A program made the translations under genes and the position numbers. Below, piece by piece: positions 52,864-62,197 of a DNA stretch of 64,000 nucleotides. Position 1 is the stretch's first letter, and every line of letters starts with the position of its first letter. The stretch is from Anaerolineae bacterium (GTDB taxonomy: Bacteria; Chloroflexota; Anaerolineae; Aggregatilineales; Ch27): positions 1,722-65,721 of the forward strand of contig DAOUEM010000362.1 of assembly GCA_034430555.1 (NCBI GenBank). The letters are read 5' to 3'. Below the pieces are notes generated by a model that did not search any database, was not told the DNA's origin, and saw only the letters and a program-made list of their open reading frames with translations.

Positions 52864-53457
52864 TTACGGCTGCGGCAGGCCGGAGTAGGGCGCGGGCAGG
52901 AATTCCGTCAGCGGGCGTTGAGTGGCGCGGTCCACGGCGGCCACGGTGCAGAAGCCCAGTCCCCGCCACCACGTCGGCGACGGGGCTTCGCCGCGTCGGT
53001 GGGCGACGTACAGGGTGAGCACCAGCCCGTGCGTGATCACCGCCGCCGACTCGGGTTCGTCGTGCCGGGCCAGCACGTCGGCGATGCCCGCCTGGAAGCG
53101 TGCCAGGGCGGCGGCGGCCGTCTCCCATCCACGATAGCGCTCTTCCCGATGGGCGAAAAATGCCTCGACTGCCGCCACGTAAGCCGCCTGGTCCGGGGCG
53201 CTGTAGGCGCTGCGATCGACTTCGTTGAGCGCGCTCAGCGGCCGGACCGGCTGCCCGCCGTAGGCGGCCACGCGCTCGGCGGGTTGGATGGCTTTGCGCT
53301 CCGCGCTGGGATAGAGGGCCGCCACGTGCCGCCAGAACGGCGCGGCGATCAGCGCTTCCACCTGGGCGCGGCCTTCCGGGCTGAGGTCCCATTCAGCCAC
53401 GGGTGTATTGAGGTCGACCTGGGTGTGCGGGTGTCGGATCAGGTAAAGCAGGGGCAT
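52864..53457 (-). CDS. Histidine phosphatase (phosphoglycerate-mutase-like) family protein
   Basis: N-terminal 'LYLIRHPHT' (RH catalytic motif) and a downstream 'ITHG'. Confidence 0.65.
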   Translation of the reverse strand: MPLLYLIRHPHTQVDLNTPVAEWDLSPEGRAQVEALIAAPFWRHVAALYPSAERKAIQPAERVAAYGGQPVRPLSALNEVDRSAYSAPDQAAYVAAVEAFFAHREERYRGWETAAAALARFQAGIADVLARHDEPESAAVITHGLVLTLYVAHRRGEAPSPTWWRGLGFCTVAAVDRATQRPLTEFLPAPYSGLPQP

Positions 53458-53514
53458 ACGGTCCTCCCGGCCGGGTGATGGGCCTATCCGGGGCTTATTG
53501 TACCGCTAATGGCG

Positions 53515-53561
53515 GATGACGCGTCATCGACAGATGACGATAGCCGCGTTTCTGGTATAAT
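53515..53561 (+). promoter_or_regulatory. 14-bp perfect palindrome GATGACGCGTCATC overlapping an extended -10 promoter (TGgTATAAT)
   Basis: Palindrome at 53515-53528 with an extra GATGAC half-site at 53533-53538. TG-g-TATAAT at 53553-53561. The ATG of the next gene is at 53604. Confidence 0.45.
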
Positions 53562-53603
53562 GAGTCTGACCTGACCCTGTGGCGTGACACGGAGGCACAT
53601 CCC

Positions 53604-53834
53604 ATGCGGCGCTTATTCCTGTTTTTCCTGGGCGTGATGCTCGGCGCGGCGGTTGGCGTGGCGCTGGCCATGCTGCTGGCTCCGGCTTCCGGCAACCGGA
53701 TGCGCGAGGAAGCGAAAGAGTACTACGATCAACTGCTGGCGGAAGCCCGCAAAGCCGCCGAAGCGCGCCGCCAGGAGCTGCAAATGGAATTGAACACCAT
53801 GACCGGCGCGGCGGAGGCTGACGCCGGGTCGTGA
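53604..53834 (+). CDS. YtxH-like small membrane-anchored protein
   Basis: 'FLGVMLGAAVGVALAMLLAPASG...R' followed by a charged helix. GGAGG RBS. Confidence 0.7.
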   Translation: MRRLFLFFLGVMLGAAVGVALAMLLAPASGNRMREEAKEYYDQLLAEARKAAEARRQELQMELNTMTGAAEADAGS

Positions 53835-53995
53835 GCCAGCGCGACACATCCGATTGGCACCATACCGTGATATCATCCTAAGCTTTTGCGGACGGAATCA
53901 CGGTTTTTTTTGTAGGCAACAGTGCCCATCACCGCCTGTAATAGCTTTCAACTGATCGCTGGAACCTGTTGACTGACGACCCAAGGACCTGACCG

Positions 53996-55276
53996 ATGCG
54001 TATCACCATTCTGACCTACGGCACGCGCGGTGACGTGCAGCCCTACGTGGCTTTGGGCGTGGGCTTGCAGCGGGCCGGCTTCCGCGTGCGCCTGGCCGCC
54101 CCGGAGCCGTTCAAGGCGTTTGTGACGGGGCAAGAGCTGGACTTCGCGCCGCTGGCCGGCGACATCACCGAACTCTCGCGCGGGCTGGTCGATGAGGCCG
54201 GCCACAACCTGCTGCGCACCATCCCCGTGCTGATGGAGTACATTCTGCCGCTGGCTCTGCAGGTGCTGGCCGGCGTTGAGGACGCCTGCCGCGATGCCGA
54301 TGCCATCATCTATACTTTCCTGCTGGCCGTGCCCGGCCACGAAAACGCCCGCGAGCGCGGCGTGCCGGACTTTTTCGCCCAGGTTTATCCGCTCTTTGTG
54401 CCGACGGCGGGTTACCCGGCGCTGATGTTCCCCCGGCTGCCCCCGACCGATCCTCGGCTGACCGGCGCCTACAACCGCCTGACGCACGCCATTTTCACCG
54501 GCGTCTACTGGGGATTCGGCCGCCTGTCTTACAACTGGCTGCGCCGTTCCCACCCCGAGCTGACGCCGCTCTCCGGTTGGCCCTTTGCCGTGCAGGACCG
54601 TCCCCCGCCGCCGGCGCTGTTCGGCTTCAGTCCGCTCGTGGTCCCGCCCCCTGCCGATTGGTCCTCGGACGAGGGTCGCCAGCGCGTGCACGTGACCGGC
54701 TACTGGCACCTGCCGCCCGCCGACGATTGGGTGCCGCCGCCCGACCTGCTGGCCTTCCTGGAGGATGGGCCGCCGCCGGTGTACGTCGGTTTTGGTAGCA
54801 TGATCACGCGGGATGCCGCCCAAATCACCGCCGTGATCCTGGAAGCGCTGGCGAAGGCCGGTCAGCGCGGCGTGCTGCTGGGCGGCTGGGGCGACTTCGG
54901 CGGGGCGGACCTGCCCGCTTCGGTGTTTCGTATCGATTCGGCCCCGCACGAGTGGTTGTTCCCCCGCATGACGGCGGTGGTGCATCACGGCGGGGCGGGG
55001 ACCACGGCCGTCGGGCTGCGGGCCGGGGTGCCCTCGATCCTGCTGCCGCTGACGGCGGATCAACCCTTCTGGGGGCAGCGGGTGGTTGCCCTCGGCGTCG
55101 GGCCGGACCCGATCCCGCGCGGGCGGCTCACGGCGGAGAAGCTGGCCTACGCCATCCGGGTAGCCGTGACGCACGAACCGATGCGCCGGCGGGCCGCGGC
55201 AGTCGGCGCGCAAATCCGGGCGGAAGACGGGGTGGGGGAAGCGGTGCGGATTATTCAACGGGCTTTGGAGGGATAA
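53996..55276 (+). CDS. GT1-family (MGT / UDP-glycosyltransferase, sterol-glucosyltransferase-like) glycosyltransferase, copy 1
   Basis: 'GTRGDVQPYVALG', 'VHHGGAGTTA' and 'DQPFWG' motifs. Confidence 0.85.
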   Translation: MRITILTYGTRGDVQPYVALGVGLQRAGFRVRLAAPEPFKAFVTGQELDFAPLAGDITELSRGLVDEAGHNLLRTIPVLMEYILPLALQVLAGVEDACRDADAIIYTFLLAVPGHENARERGVPDFFAQVYPLFVPTAGYPALMFPRLPPTDPRLTGAYNRLTHAIFTGVYWGFGRLSYNWLRRSHPELTPLSGWPFAVQDRPPPPALFGFSPLVVPPPADWSSDEGRQRVHVTGYWHLPPADDWVPPPDLLAFLEDGPPPVYVGFGSMITRDAAQITAVILEALAKAGQRGVLLGGWGDFGGADLPASVFRIDSAPHEWLFPRMTAVVHHGGAGTTAVGLRAGVPSILLPLTADQPFWGQRVVALGVGPDPIPRGRLTAEKLAYAIRVAVTHEPMRRRAAAVGAQIRAEDGVGEAVRIIQRALEG

Positions 55277-55280
55277 CGAT

Positions 55281-56552
55281 ATGCGGCTTTCGATGTTGGC
55301 GGTGGGTTCGCGGGGCGACGTGCAGCCTTACGTGGCGCTGGCGTTGGGCCTCAAAAATGCCGGGCACGAGGTGCGCCTGTGCGCCGGCAGCGACTTCGAG
55401 GCCTTCATCACCGGCTACGGGCTGGAGTTCGTTTCGTTGGGCGTGGACATGCGCGCCTTCGTCGACGAATACATGCAGGATGCGCTTCGTTCCGGCCGCA
55501 ATGCGCCGCGCGCCATCCGCGATGTGGTGCGCCAGGGTTTGCAGTTCGGCGACGCCATGATGCGGGGGGTGGCAGCGGCCTTCGACGGGGCCGACGCCGT
55601 GATCGCCTCGCTGGTGGGAATGAACATGAGCTACCACGTCGCCGAAAAGCGGGGTGTGCCGCTGCTCCTGGCGCTGACCCTGCCGCTGCCGGGCCGCACG
55701 TCGGCTTTCCCCAGCCCGATCTTCCCACCCCTGCCGCTGGACGGCGGGCGCTTCAACCGGCTGACCCACGACCTGGCGGAGACCATGCTGTGGCTGATGC
55801 TGCGCTGGCCGGTCAACTTCTGGCGGCGTCGGGAGGGCCTGCCGCCGCAAAGCACCTTCCGCTGGCCGTTCCGCGCCATGAACGGTCGACCGCTGCCCGC
55901 GCTGCACGCCGTCAGCCCGTCGGTGCTGCCGCCGCCGCCCGACTGGGGCGATCACGAGCGCCTGACCGGTTACTGGTTCCTGCCCGCCCCGGACGAGTGG
56001 CAGCCGCCCGCCGACCTGCTCGCTTTCCTGGAGGGTGGCCCGCCGCCGGTGGTCGTCGGCTTTGGCAGCATGGCCTCCCGCGATCCGGAGGAAACCGCGC
56101 TCATCGTGCGGGAGGCGGTGCGACGCAGCGGCCAGCGCGCCGTTTACCTGACCGGCTGGGGCGCGCAGGGGGACATCGACTGGCCGGACGCGATGTACGT
56201 GACCGCGGCCATCCCCCACGACTGGCTGTTCCCCCGTGTGGCGGCGGTGGTGCATCACGGCGGGGCCGGGACCGTCGCTGCCGGGCTGCGGGCCGGGCGT
56301 CCCACCGTGGTCGTGCCCTTTTTTGGCGATCAGCCGTTCTGGGGGCAGCGGGTGGTTGCCCTGGGCGTCGGGCCGGAACCGATCCCGCGCGGGCGGCTCA
56401 CGGCGGAGTCGCTGGCTTATGCCCTGCGCGTGGCCGCGACGCACCAACCGATCCGGCAGCGGGCCGCGGCGCTGGGCGAACGCATCCGGGCGGAAGACGG
56501 GGTAGGGGAAGCGGTGCGTTTGATCGAGGCACAATTGGCCCATTTGGCCTGA
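55281..56552 (+). CDS. GT1-family glycosyltransferase, copy 2 (tandem paralogue)
   Basis: 'GSRGDVQPYVALA', 'VHHGGAGTVA' and 'DQPFWG'. Starts 4 nt after the copy 1 stop, with a GGAGGG RBS. Confidence 0.85.
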   Translation: MRLSMLAVGSRGDVQPYVALALGLKNAGHEVRLCAGSDFEAFITGYGLEFVSLGVDMRAFVDEYMQDALRSGRNAPRAIRDVVRQGLQFGDAMMRGVAAAFDGADAVIASLVGMNMSYHVAEKRGVPLLLALTLPLPGRTSAFPSPIFPPLPLDGGRFNRLTHDLAETMLWLMLRWPVNFWRRREGLPPQSTFRWPFRAMNGRPLPALHAVSPSVLPPPPDWGDHERLTGYWFLPAPDEWQPPADLLAFLEGGPPPVVVGFGSMASRDPEETALIVREAVRRSGQRAVYLTGWGAQGDIDWPDAMYVTAAIPHDWLFPRVAAVVHHGGAGTVAAGLRAGRPTVVVPFFGDQPFWGQRVVALGVGPEPIPRGRLTAESLAYALRVAATHQPIRQRAAALGERIRAEDGVGEAVRLIEAQLAHLA

Positions 56553-56641
56553 TTCTGGCGCGCAAATGTTCGATTTTGCTTAAAAACTTGGGTTATCTTT
56601 GGGATAACTTGGGAAAAACCAACCGCCTTGGGGGGCATACC

Positions 56642-57097
56642 ATGGCTGATCGCCTGCGCCTGCGCTTCATCCGGCGCGATGAACTGCCCGCGCTGCTCGA
56701 CCTGTACAACCACCTGCACGCCAGCGACGATCCGCGCCCGTCACCGGATGAGCTGGATCGCCTGTGGGAGACCATCCACGCCGACCCGCGCCTGCTGTAC
56801 TTCGGCGGGGAGGTGGACGGGCGGCTGGTGGCGTCCTGCACGCTGTCCATCATCCCCAACCTGACTCGCGGCTGCCGTCCTTACGGCCTGGTCGAAAACG
56901 TGGTTTGCCATCCCGACTATCGACGGCGCGGCATTGGGAAGCGGTTGCTGCGGTATACGCTGGCCTACGCCTGGGATCAGGGCTGCTACAAGGTCATGCT
57001 GCTGACCGGCCGCCAGGACCCCGGCACCCTGCAATTTTACGAGGAGGCCGGGTTCCTGGCCGGGGTGAAGACCGGCTTCATCGCCTATCCGGCCTGA
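56642..57097 (+). CDS. GNAT N-acetyltransferase
   Basis: 'VCHPDYRRRGIGKRLL' motif A. This is the terminal part of the long artefactual ORF 55379-57097. Confidence 0.8.
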   Translation: MADRLRLRFIRRDELPALLDLYNHLHASDDPRPSPDELDRLWETIHADPRLLYFGGEVDGRLVASCTLSIIPNLTRGCRPYGLVENVVCHPDYRRRGIGKRLLRYTLAYAWDQGCYKVMLLTGRQDPGTLQFYEEAGFLAGVKTGFIAYPA

Positions 57098-57909
57098 GGC
57101 TGCTGCCCTTCCAGGAAGCTGGGCAGGTAGAAGCTCAGGTAGTGCAGGGGGGTCTCCGGACCGGCGCTGATGCTCGTCGCGGCCATGTTCGGGCTTGCCA
57201 CGATCACATCGTACTGGCCCAGGGCCGGCGCGCTGCCGTTGTGCCCGGCCTGCCCGATTCCGTCTGTAATAGCGTGACCACTTCCATCTGTAACGTACAG
57301 GAACAAATCTTCGCCCTCGCGCGGCGCTTCGATGGCCGTCGAGCCGCCGGCGGCGACCATGGTGGCCGTCAGCCGTCCGTGCATGTGCTGCGTCATCGGC
57401 GAGTCGTCCCCGATCAGGCTGGTGATCGTGCCGTCCCCGCTCTGCCGGACCGGCAGTTCGCCGCGCCCCACCTGCTGGTAGTGCGGCTCCTGGTCGCGGT
57501 ACTGCGGGTCGGCGATGTACCATATCTGGATCACGCGGGCCGGTTCGTCGCTGTGATTCAATTCCTGGTGTTCGATCCACTGGCCGGAGAACATGCGCTG
57601 TAATTCCCCCGCCTGGATGTCTCCCTTACCGCCGGTAGTGTCCTCGTGGCTGAGCGTGCCCTCCAGCACCCAGGTGTAAATCTCCAGGCCCCGGTGCGGG
57701 TGCCAGGTGAAGCCGTTGCGCGGCGCGATGCGCGTCATGTGCGCGGTGAGCATCCCGCTCAGCCGCTGCAGGGGACTCCAGCCGCCCACCGCGAAGTGCG
57801 AGTGCAGCCAGTGCACCGGGTGGATGGTAGGGAAGGCGTCCGCCGGGAAGTGCTGGAACGGCTCGGCGCGCACGAAATTGGGGGCGATGGCGGTCTCCAA
57901 TAAATACAT
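57085..57909 (-). CDS. Pirin-family (bicupin) protein
   Basis: 'HPHRGLEIYTWVLEG' pirin N-terminal signature. The 3-prime end overlaps the convergent GNAT gene by 13 bp. Confidence 0.85.
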   Translation of the reverse strand: MYLLETAIAPNFVRAEPFQHFPADAFPTIHPVHWLHSHFAVGGWSPLQRLSGMLTAHMTRIAPRNGFTWHPHRGLEIYTWVLEGTLSHEDTTGGKGDIQAGELQRMFSGQWIEHQELNHSDEPARVIQIWYIADPQYRDQEPHYQQVGRGELPVRQSGDGTITSLIGDDSPMTQHMHGRLTATMVAAGGSTAIEAPREGEDLFLYVTDGSGHAITDGIGQAGHNGSAPALGQYDVIVASPNMAATSISAGPETPLHYLSFYLPSFLEGQQPQAG

Positions 57910-57975
57910 CAGTTACGGCCTTTCCTTACCTATACCAACAAGGATTTTGATCGGTTGACTAGGCGGGTCGTGTAG

Positions 57976-57995
57976 GGGCGACCGGCTGGTCGCCC
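57976..57995. repeat. GC-rich palindromic hairpin of the 'GTAGGGGC' type
   Basis: gggcgacc-ggct-ggtcgccc (perfect 8-bp stem), preceded by tgtag. The 5-prime context resembles the hairpin at 2010-2035 (cgtaggggcac...). Confidence 0.4.
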
Positions 57996-58107
57996 ATGAT
58001 AGGCCGCCTGTAATTCTATTCCATCATGCTGAAATTATGCTGATATAGATATATAATATCCATAAAAACCTGCCGCCGATGCCCATTCGAGCGCTGTCCG
58101 TGGGTGG

Positions 58108-58270
58108 TCAGTCGTCTACCTGACGGGTGTAGAGATAGGCGCTGCCGCCGGCGTCTGATCGTGAGAAGCTATTTATCCGTGTTCTGTGTATACAGATAAG
58201 CGCTGCCGCCGGCGTCTTTTCGGGAGAGGTTATTTATCCGTGTTCTGTGTATACAGATAAGCGCTGCCGC
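58108..58270. repeat. 61-bp tandem triplication spanning the 3-prime end of the 58230-58943 gene
   Basis: 58170-58209 equals 58231-58270 (40 nt perfect, offset 61). A third, diverged copy 61 nt further left (58133-58169) is 31 of 37 identical to the middle copy. Confidence 0.8.
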
Positions 58271-58943
58271 GTTTGCCTACCTGTGTGATCACACCCATCG
58301 CCCGCAGGCAGTAGGCCATCTGCTGGGCCAGGCGGCGCGGACAGCGCAGCGCTTTCGACAGGTCGCCGGTAGTAAAGGGATCGGCCAACTCGTCCGGCAG
58401 CAGGGCCGCCATGTCGCCCGGCCCTTCGAACAACCGCCGTTCCACCACGTCGAGCAGCCGCCGCCCCTCGGTGACCCAGCCCTTGCGCCGCCAGCCGCGC
58501 CGGCCATCGAAGCGCCGCACCTCCTCCTCCTGGATCAGCAGCACCTCCAGCGAGAAGTTGGGGTGGGCCAGCAGATGCGGGAAGCTCACCAGTTCGCGGA
58601 AGACGTCCACCACCGCGCCGCGTTTGGGCGATTTGCGGCGGCTGCTCGGATCACCATCAACCAGCGGCAGCTTGACGATCCATTTTTCGCGGGCGACAGG
58701 ATGCACCAGCCGTACGGCGTGTTCCGCCGTCAGCGCCGCCAGCTTGCGCTTCATCTGGCTGAAGCCGCGCGTCTGGATTTCCACCAGCAGGTTGCCCTGC
58801 ACGATGTCGATCACGTAGCCGTCCACCCGGACCTCGGTGGCGGCCTCCGGCCCGGCATACCACGTCTTGAGAGCGGCATGGAGCAGGTTTTCGTTCAGCG
58901 TGCCGATGTGATTGGGCGGTGGCTGCGGTTGTGGGTCGGGCAT
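58230..58943 (-). CDS. Hypothetical protein, possible PD-(D/E)xK-like nuclease fold with C-terminal winged-helix
   Basis: 'VDGYVIDIV.GNLLVEIQT' resembles a D...E-x-[KQ] nuclease core. The C-terminal 'LAQQMAYCLRAMGVI' is wHTH-like. Weak call, by eye only. Confidence 0.45.
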   Translation of the reverse strand: MPDPQPQPPPNHIGTLNENLLHAALKTWYAGPEAATEVRVDGYVIDIVQGNLLVEIQTRGFSQMKRKLAALTAEHAVRLVHPVAREKWIVKLPLVDGDPSSRRKSPKRGAVVDVFRELVSFPHLLAHPNFSLEVLLIQEEEVRRFDGRRGWRRKGWVTEGRRLLDVVERRLFEGPGDMAALLPDELADPFTTGDLSKALRCPRRLAQQMAYCLRAMGVITQVGKRGSAYLYTQNTDK

Positions 58944-59128
58944 AGCGGCTCCGGGCGATCGGTGGATAGCTGTCCCCAGTATAACGCAGCCCCGGCCAGG
59001 GTGTCATCTGGCAGGTTTCTACCTGGAAAATTGCCAAATGCAGCACCGCTAAGAGCACCACTCACCGGAAGGATGTATAATCAGAACGCGTGTATGTAAC
59101 ATTTTTGTTATCCCGAGGGAGAATACCC

Positions 59129-60190
59129 GTGACCGAACTGGCGATCAATGTCGATGCCGTCGTCGATTTCCTGCTGGGCCTGCTGAATACGCCCAGCCCA
59201 ACCGGTTATCACGACGAGGCCGTGGCTTACGTGCGGGATGTTTTTGCCGGCCTGGGCCTGCCGGACCTGGCGATCGATATCCTGCCTAAAGGCGCCCTCC
59301 GGCTGACCTGGCCTGGCCAGGCCGCCGACGCGCCGCGCGGCCTGACGGCTCACCTCGACACGCTCGGCTTGATGGTCAGGGCGATCAAAAGCAGCGGCCG
59401 CCTCAAGGCCACCAACCTGGGCGGCGTGATGTGGGGCGGCATCGAGTTTGAAGGAGTCACGATCCGAACTTTTGATGATCGCCGCTACCGGGGCACGGTC
59501 GTGCCGGTCAATCCCAGCGTGCACGTCAACCGGGACATCCACAAGGCCGAACGCAACGCCGAGACCATGGAGATCCGCCTGGACGAGCGGGTGGACAACG
59601 CCGCCGACGTGCGCGCCCTGGGCATCGGGGTGGGGGATTTTGTCTTCCTCGATCCGCGGGTGGAAGTCGTCGCTTCCGGCTTCATCCGCGCCCGGTTCCT
59701 GGATGACAAGGCCGGCGTGGCCGCCATTTTCGGCGCGGTGCTGGCCCTCCAGGCTGCCGGGCAACGCCCCGCCCAGGATACGACCATCCTCATTGCCAAC
59801 TATGAGGAAGTCGGGCACGGCGGCGCGACCGGTTTCCCGCCGGACCTGGCGGAACTGGTGGCGGTGGACATGGCCGCCATGGGCGATGACCAGGCCTCGG
59901 ACGAGTTTTCGGTGACCGTCTGCGTGAAGGACAGCGGCGGCCCCTACCACTTCGCCATGAACAACAAGCTGCGCCACCTGGCGGACGCCTTTGCCATCCC
60001 CTGCCAGGTGGATATTTATCCCTACTACGGCTCGGACGGCACTGCCTACTGGCGGGCGGGTGGGGATGCGCGGGTCGGGCTGGTGGGGCCGGGTGTGGAC
60101 GCCTCCCATTCCTACGAGCGCACCCACCGCGACGCGCTGGAGCACAGCGCCCACCTCCTGGCGCGGTACCTGCTGGATACGGAATCGTAG
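59129..60190 (+). CDS. M42-family (glutamyl aminopeptidase / FrvX-like) metallopeptidase
   Basis: 'AHLDTLG', 'FLDDKAGV' and 'YEEVGHGGA' metal-ligand motifs. GTG at 59129 after GAGGGAG. Confidence 0.8.
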   Translation: MTELAINVDAVVDFLLGLLNTPSPTGYHDEAVAYVRDVFAGLGLPDLAIDILPKGALRLTWPGQAADAPRGLTAHLDTLGLMVRAIKSSGRLKATNLGGVMWGGIEFEGVTIRTFDDRRYRGTVVPVNPSVHVNRDIHKAERNAETMEIRLDERVDNAADVRALGIGVGDFVFLDPRVEVVASGFIRARFLDDKAGVAAIFGAVLALQAAGQRPAQDTTILIANYEEVGHGGATGFPPDLAELVAVDMAAMGDDQASDEFSVTVCVKDSGGPYHFAMNNKLRHLADAFAIPCQVDIYPYYGSDGTAYWRAGGDARVGLVGPGVDASHSYERTHRDALEHSAHLLARYLLDTES

Positions 60191-60243
60191 GAGCGACGCG
60201 GACGCTTCCGAGTCCGGGCGGTCGTCCGAAGCAAGCCGTCTGC

Positions 60244-61548
60244 TTATCCCGCCGCCGGGGCCTCCGGCGACGCTTCTGCCGGGGCCTTGATATAGCGCAG
60301 GACCACGAACAGCGCGCCCACTACCATCACCAGCGCCGTGACGAACAGGACCTCGTACCCGGCCACTTCGGCGATGGTGCCGCCGATCAAGGGGGCGCTC
60401 AGCAGCGAGATGGCCGATACGGTGTTGAAAAGGCCGGTATACACCGGGCGTTGGTCGGGTGTGGTATGCATGATCACCCAGTTCAGGTAACTGCTGAACA
60501 GGTTGCTCAGGGCGATGCCCGAGGCGAAAAATCCCAGGTACAGCGGCAGCGGGCCGACCGCGCCGGCCACCAGCGCCGAAACCGGCAGCAGCGCCGCCGC
60601 CACCAGCGCCAGCCGGATAAACTGCAAGTTGTGGCGATTGCCCATCCAGGAGTACACAAAGGCCCCGAGTAACGCACCCAGCGTCTGCATGGCCAGCAGG
60701 TTGCGGACGGCGACCCCGCTGACGACGCCCAGCTGCACCGTCGCAAACCCGATGTAAAAAGGACCGGCCATCATGTACAGGCTGGACAGCGCCCGCGTGA
60801 TGATCATGGCCCGGAAGGCCCGGTCCTGGCGCAGGACCCGGCCCAGCGCCGGGAGGTACTCCCGGAAGCGGGGCGCTTTGACGGTGGTCGGCCGGTTGGG
60901 CAGCTCGCGGATGAACAGGCAGGGGATGATGGACCCCACGAACAGCAGGCCGGCGATGGCGAACAGCAGCCCGTAGTTGTTGGGGAAGCCGGGGCCGTCC
61001 TCCCCCAGGATAACCCCGACCAGCGGCGTGACTCCCAGCGTGATCAGGCCGCCGATGCCCATCATCAGCCCGAACATGCGCGCCCGCCAGCGGTTGTCCA
61101 GGCTGCTACCGATCAGCTCCACCCAGGGCACGCCGACGATCCCGTCGCCCACCGCCGCGATGCCGTAACAGACCAGAAACGCTACCAGCACCGGGCCGGG
61201 CTGCTCCTCCCCCAGCACGATCAAAATCCCGCTGAAGGCCAGTATGGCGAAGCGCACCGGGATATTGGGGCCGGCAAACCACCACTTCTTCCGGCTGAAC
61301 TGGAGCAGGTACCGCGCCATAAACAACTGCGGCATCATCCAGCCGACCTCAAACAGGCTGCTCGACAGGCCGATCAGCACCTCGGAGTCGGTGAGCTGGC
61401 GGATGAAATCGGGGATGACGGTGGTCGTCCCGATGATGCCCATCGCTATCGTGAACAGGATTCCATCGACTAAAAAGAGCAAGAAGTTGCTGCGGTAGGT
61501 GCTTTCCAGCTGGGCAGGGGAGAGCGTCTGCGCGGTCGAATCGGTCAT
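60244..61548 (-). CDS. MFS transporter
   Basis: About 12 hydrophobic helices and MFS-like loop motifs. Start taken at the ATG at 61548. Confidence 0.8.
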   Translation of the reverse strand: MTDSTAQTLSPAQLESTYRSNFLLFLVDGILFTIAMGIIGTTTVIPDFIRQLTDSEVLIGLSSSLFEVGWMMPQLFMARYLLQFSRKKWWFAGPNIPVRFAILAFSGILIVLGEEQPGPVLVAFLVCYGIAAVGDGIVGVPWVELIGSSLDNRWRARMFGLMMGIGGLITLGVTPLVGVILGEDGPGFPNNYGLLFAIAGLLFVGSIIPCLFIRELPNRPTTVKAPRFREYLPALGRVLRQDRAFRAMIITRALSSLYMMAGPFYIGFATVQLGVVSGVAVRNLLAMQTLGALLGAFVYSWMGNRHNLQFIRLALVAAALLPVSALVAGAVGPLPLYLGFFASGIALSNLFSSYLNWVIMHTTPDQRPVYTGLFNTVSAISLLSAPLIGGTIAEVAGYEVLFVTALVMVVGALFVVLRYIKAPAEASPEAPAAG

Positions 61549-61681
61549 GCTGCGCCTGTGCTTTCGTACGGCGGATGATATTCGTGGCGGCGTGTCCGCC
61601 GGAATCATCCACGGGAAGGGTCAGGATGGCTTCACGCGGCTTCAAGATCAAGTCGGGTGCCGCCCACCAGCAGTGCGTATT

Positions 61682-62197
61682 TTACCACGGCAGTCCCGAC
61701 AGCTCGATCCGCCCCTCTGGCCAGGGACGATTGCGCAGCGGCAGCACCATGATCGCCAGGTCGGTCTGGACGTATTCACCGCGCCAATCGGTGAAAAACA
61801 TCGGCGCGGTGGTTTCCTGCCAGCCCAGCCCTGCGTAAAGGGAGACCCGATCCCGGATGCACAGCAGCAGCCCAAAGTCGGCAGTCGTAGCCCGGCGCAT
61901 GTGATCGCCCGCACGACGCATCGCCTCGGAAGCCAACCCGCGTCCGCGCCACTCAGGCTCGGTGATCACCCCGGAAATGCCACCTAACGACACCGGCTGC
62001 CCGTCGACGGTCGACGCCTGTGCCACGATGCCCACGTGGCAGACCAGAATCTCGCCGGCCCAAGCCAGCACCCGCCAGCTTGCTGGGGCCAGTTGATCCA
62101 GCATAATGCCGAATTCGATGTCGAACCACTCGTTGATTAAGGCCGTGATGGACGGCGGCAGGTCGTCTGCTCGCCTGACCTCGAAGCGGATTTCCAT
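61682..62197 (-). CDS. GNAT acetyltransferase (aminoglycoside 2-prime-N-acetyltransferase-like)
   Basis: 'VITEPEWRGRGLASEAM' motif A. The ATG at 62197 has a GAGGA RBS. The upstream part of ORF 61682-62563 looks non-coding. Confidence 0.7.
   Translation of the reverse strand: MEIRFEVRRADDLPPSITALINEWFDIEFGIMLDQLAPASWRVLAWAGEILVCHVGIVAQASTVDGQPVSLGGISGVITEPEWRGRGLASEAMRRAGDHMRRATTADFGLLLCIRDRVSLYAGLGWQETTAPMFFTDWRGEYVQTDLAIMVLPLRNRPWPEGRIELSGLPW

Noticed and set aside
55379-56641. Upstream two-thirds of the 572-aa plus-strand ORF 55379-57097
   Set aside because: Only the last 152 codons (from the ATG at 56642) show GNAT motifs. The upstream part overlaps the well-supported GT1 gene in another frame and reads as an Arg/Gly/Pro-rich artefact.
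58108-58270. CRISPR array as the explanation for the roughly 60-bp periodic repeats
   Set aside because: The units abut directly without unique spacers, there are only three copies, one copy is the coding end of a gene, and no cas genes are in the window.
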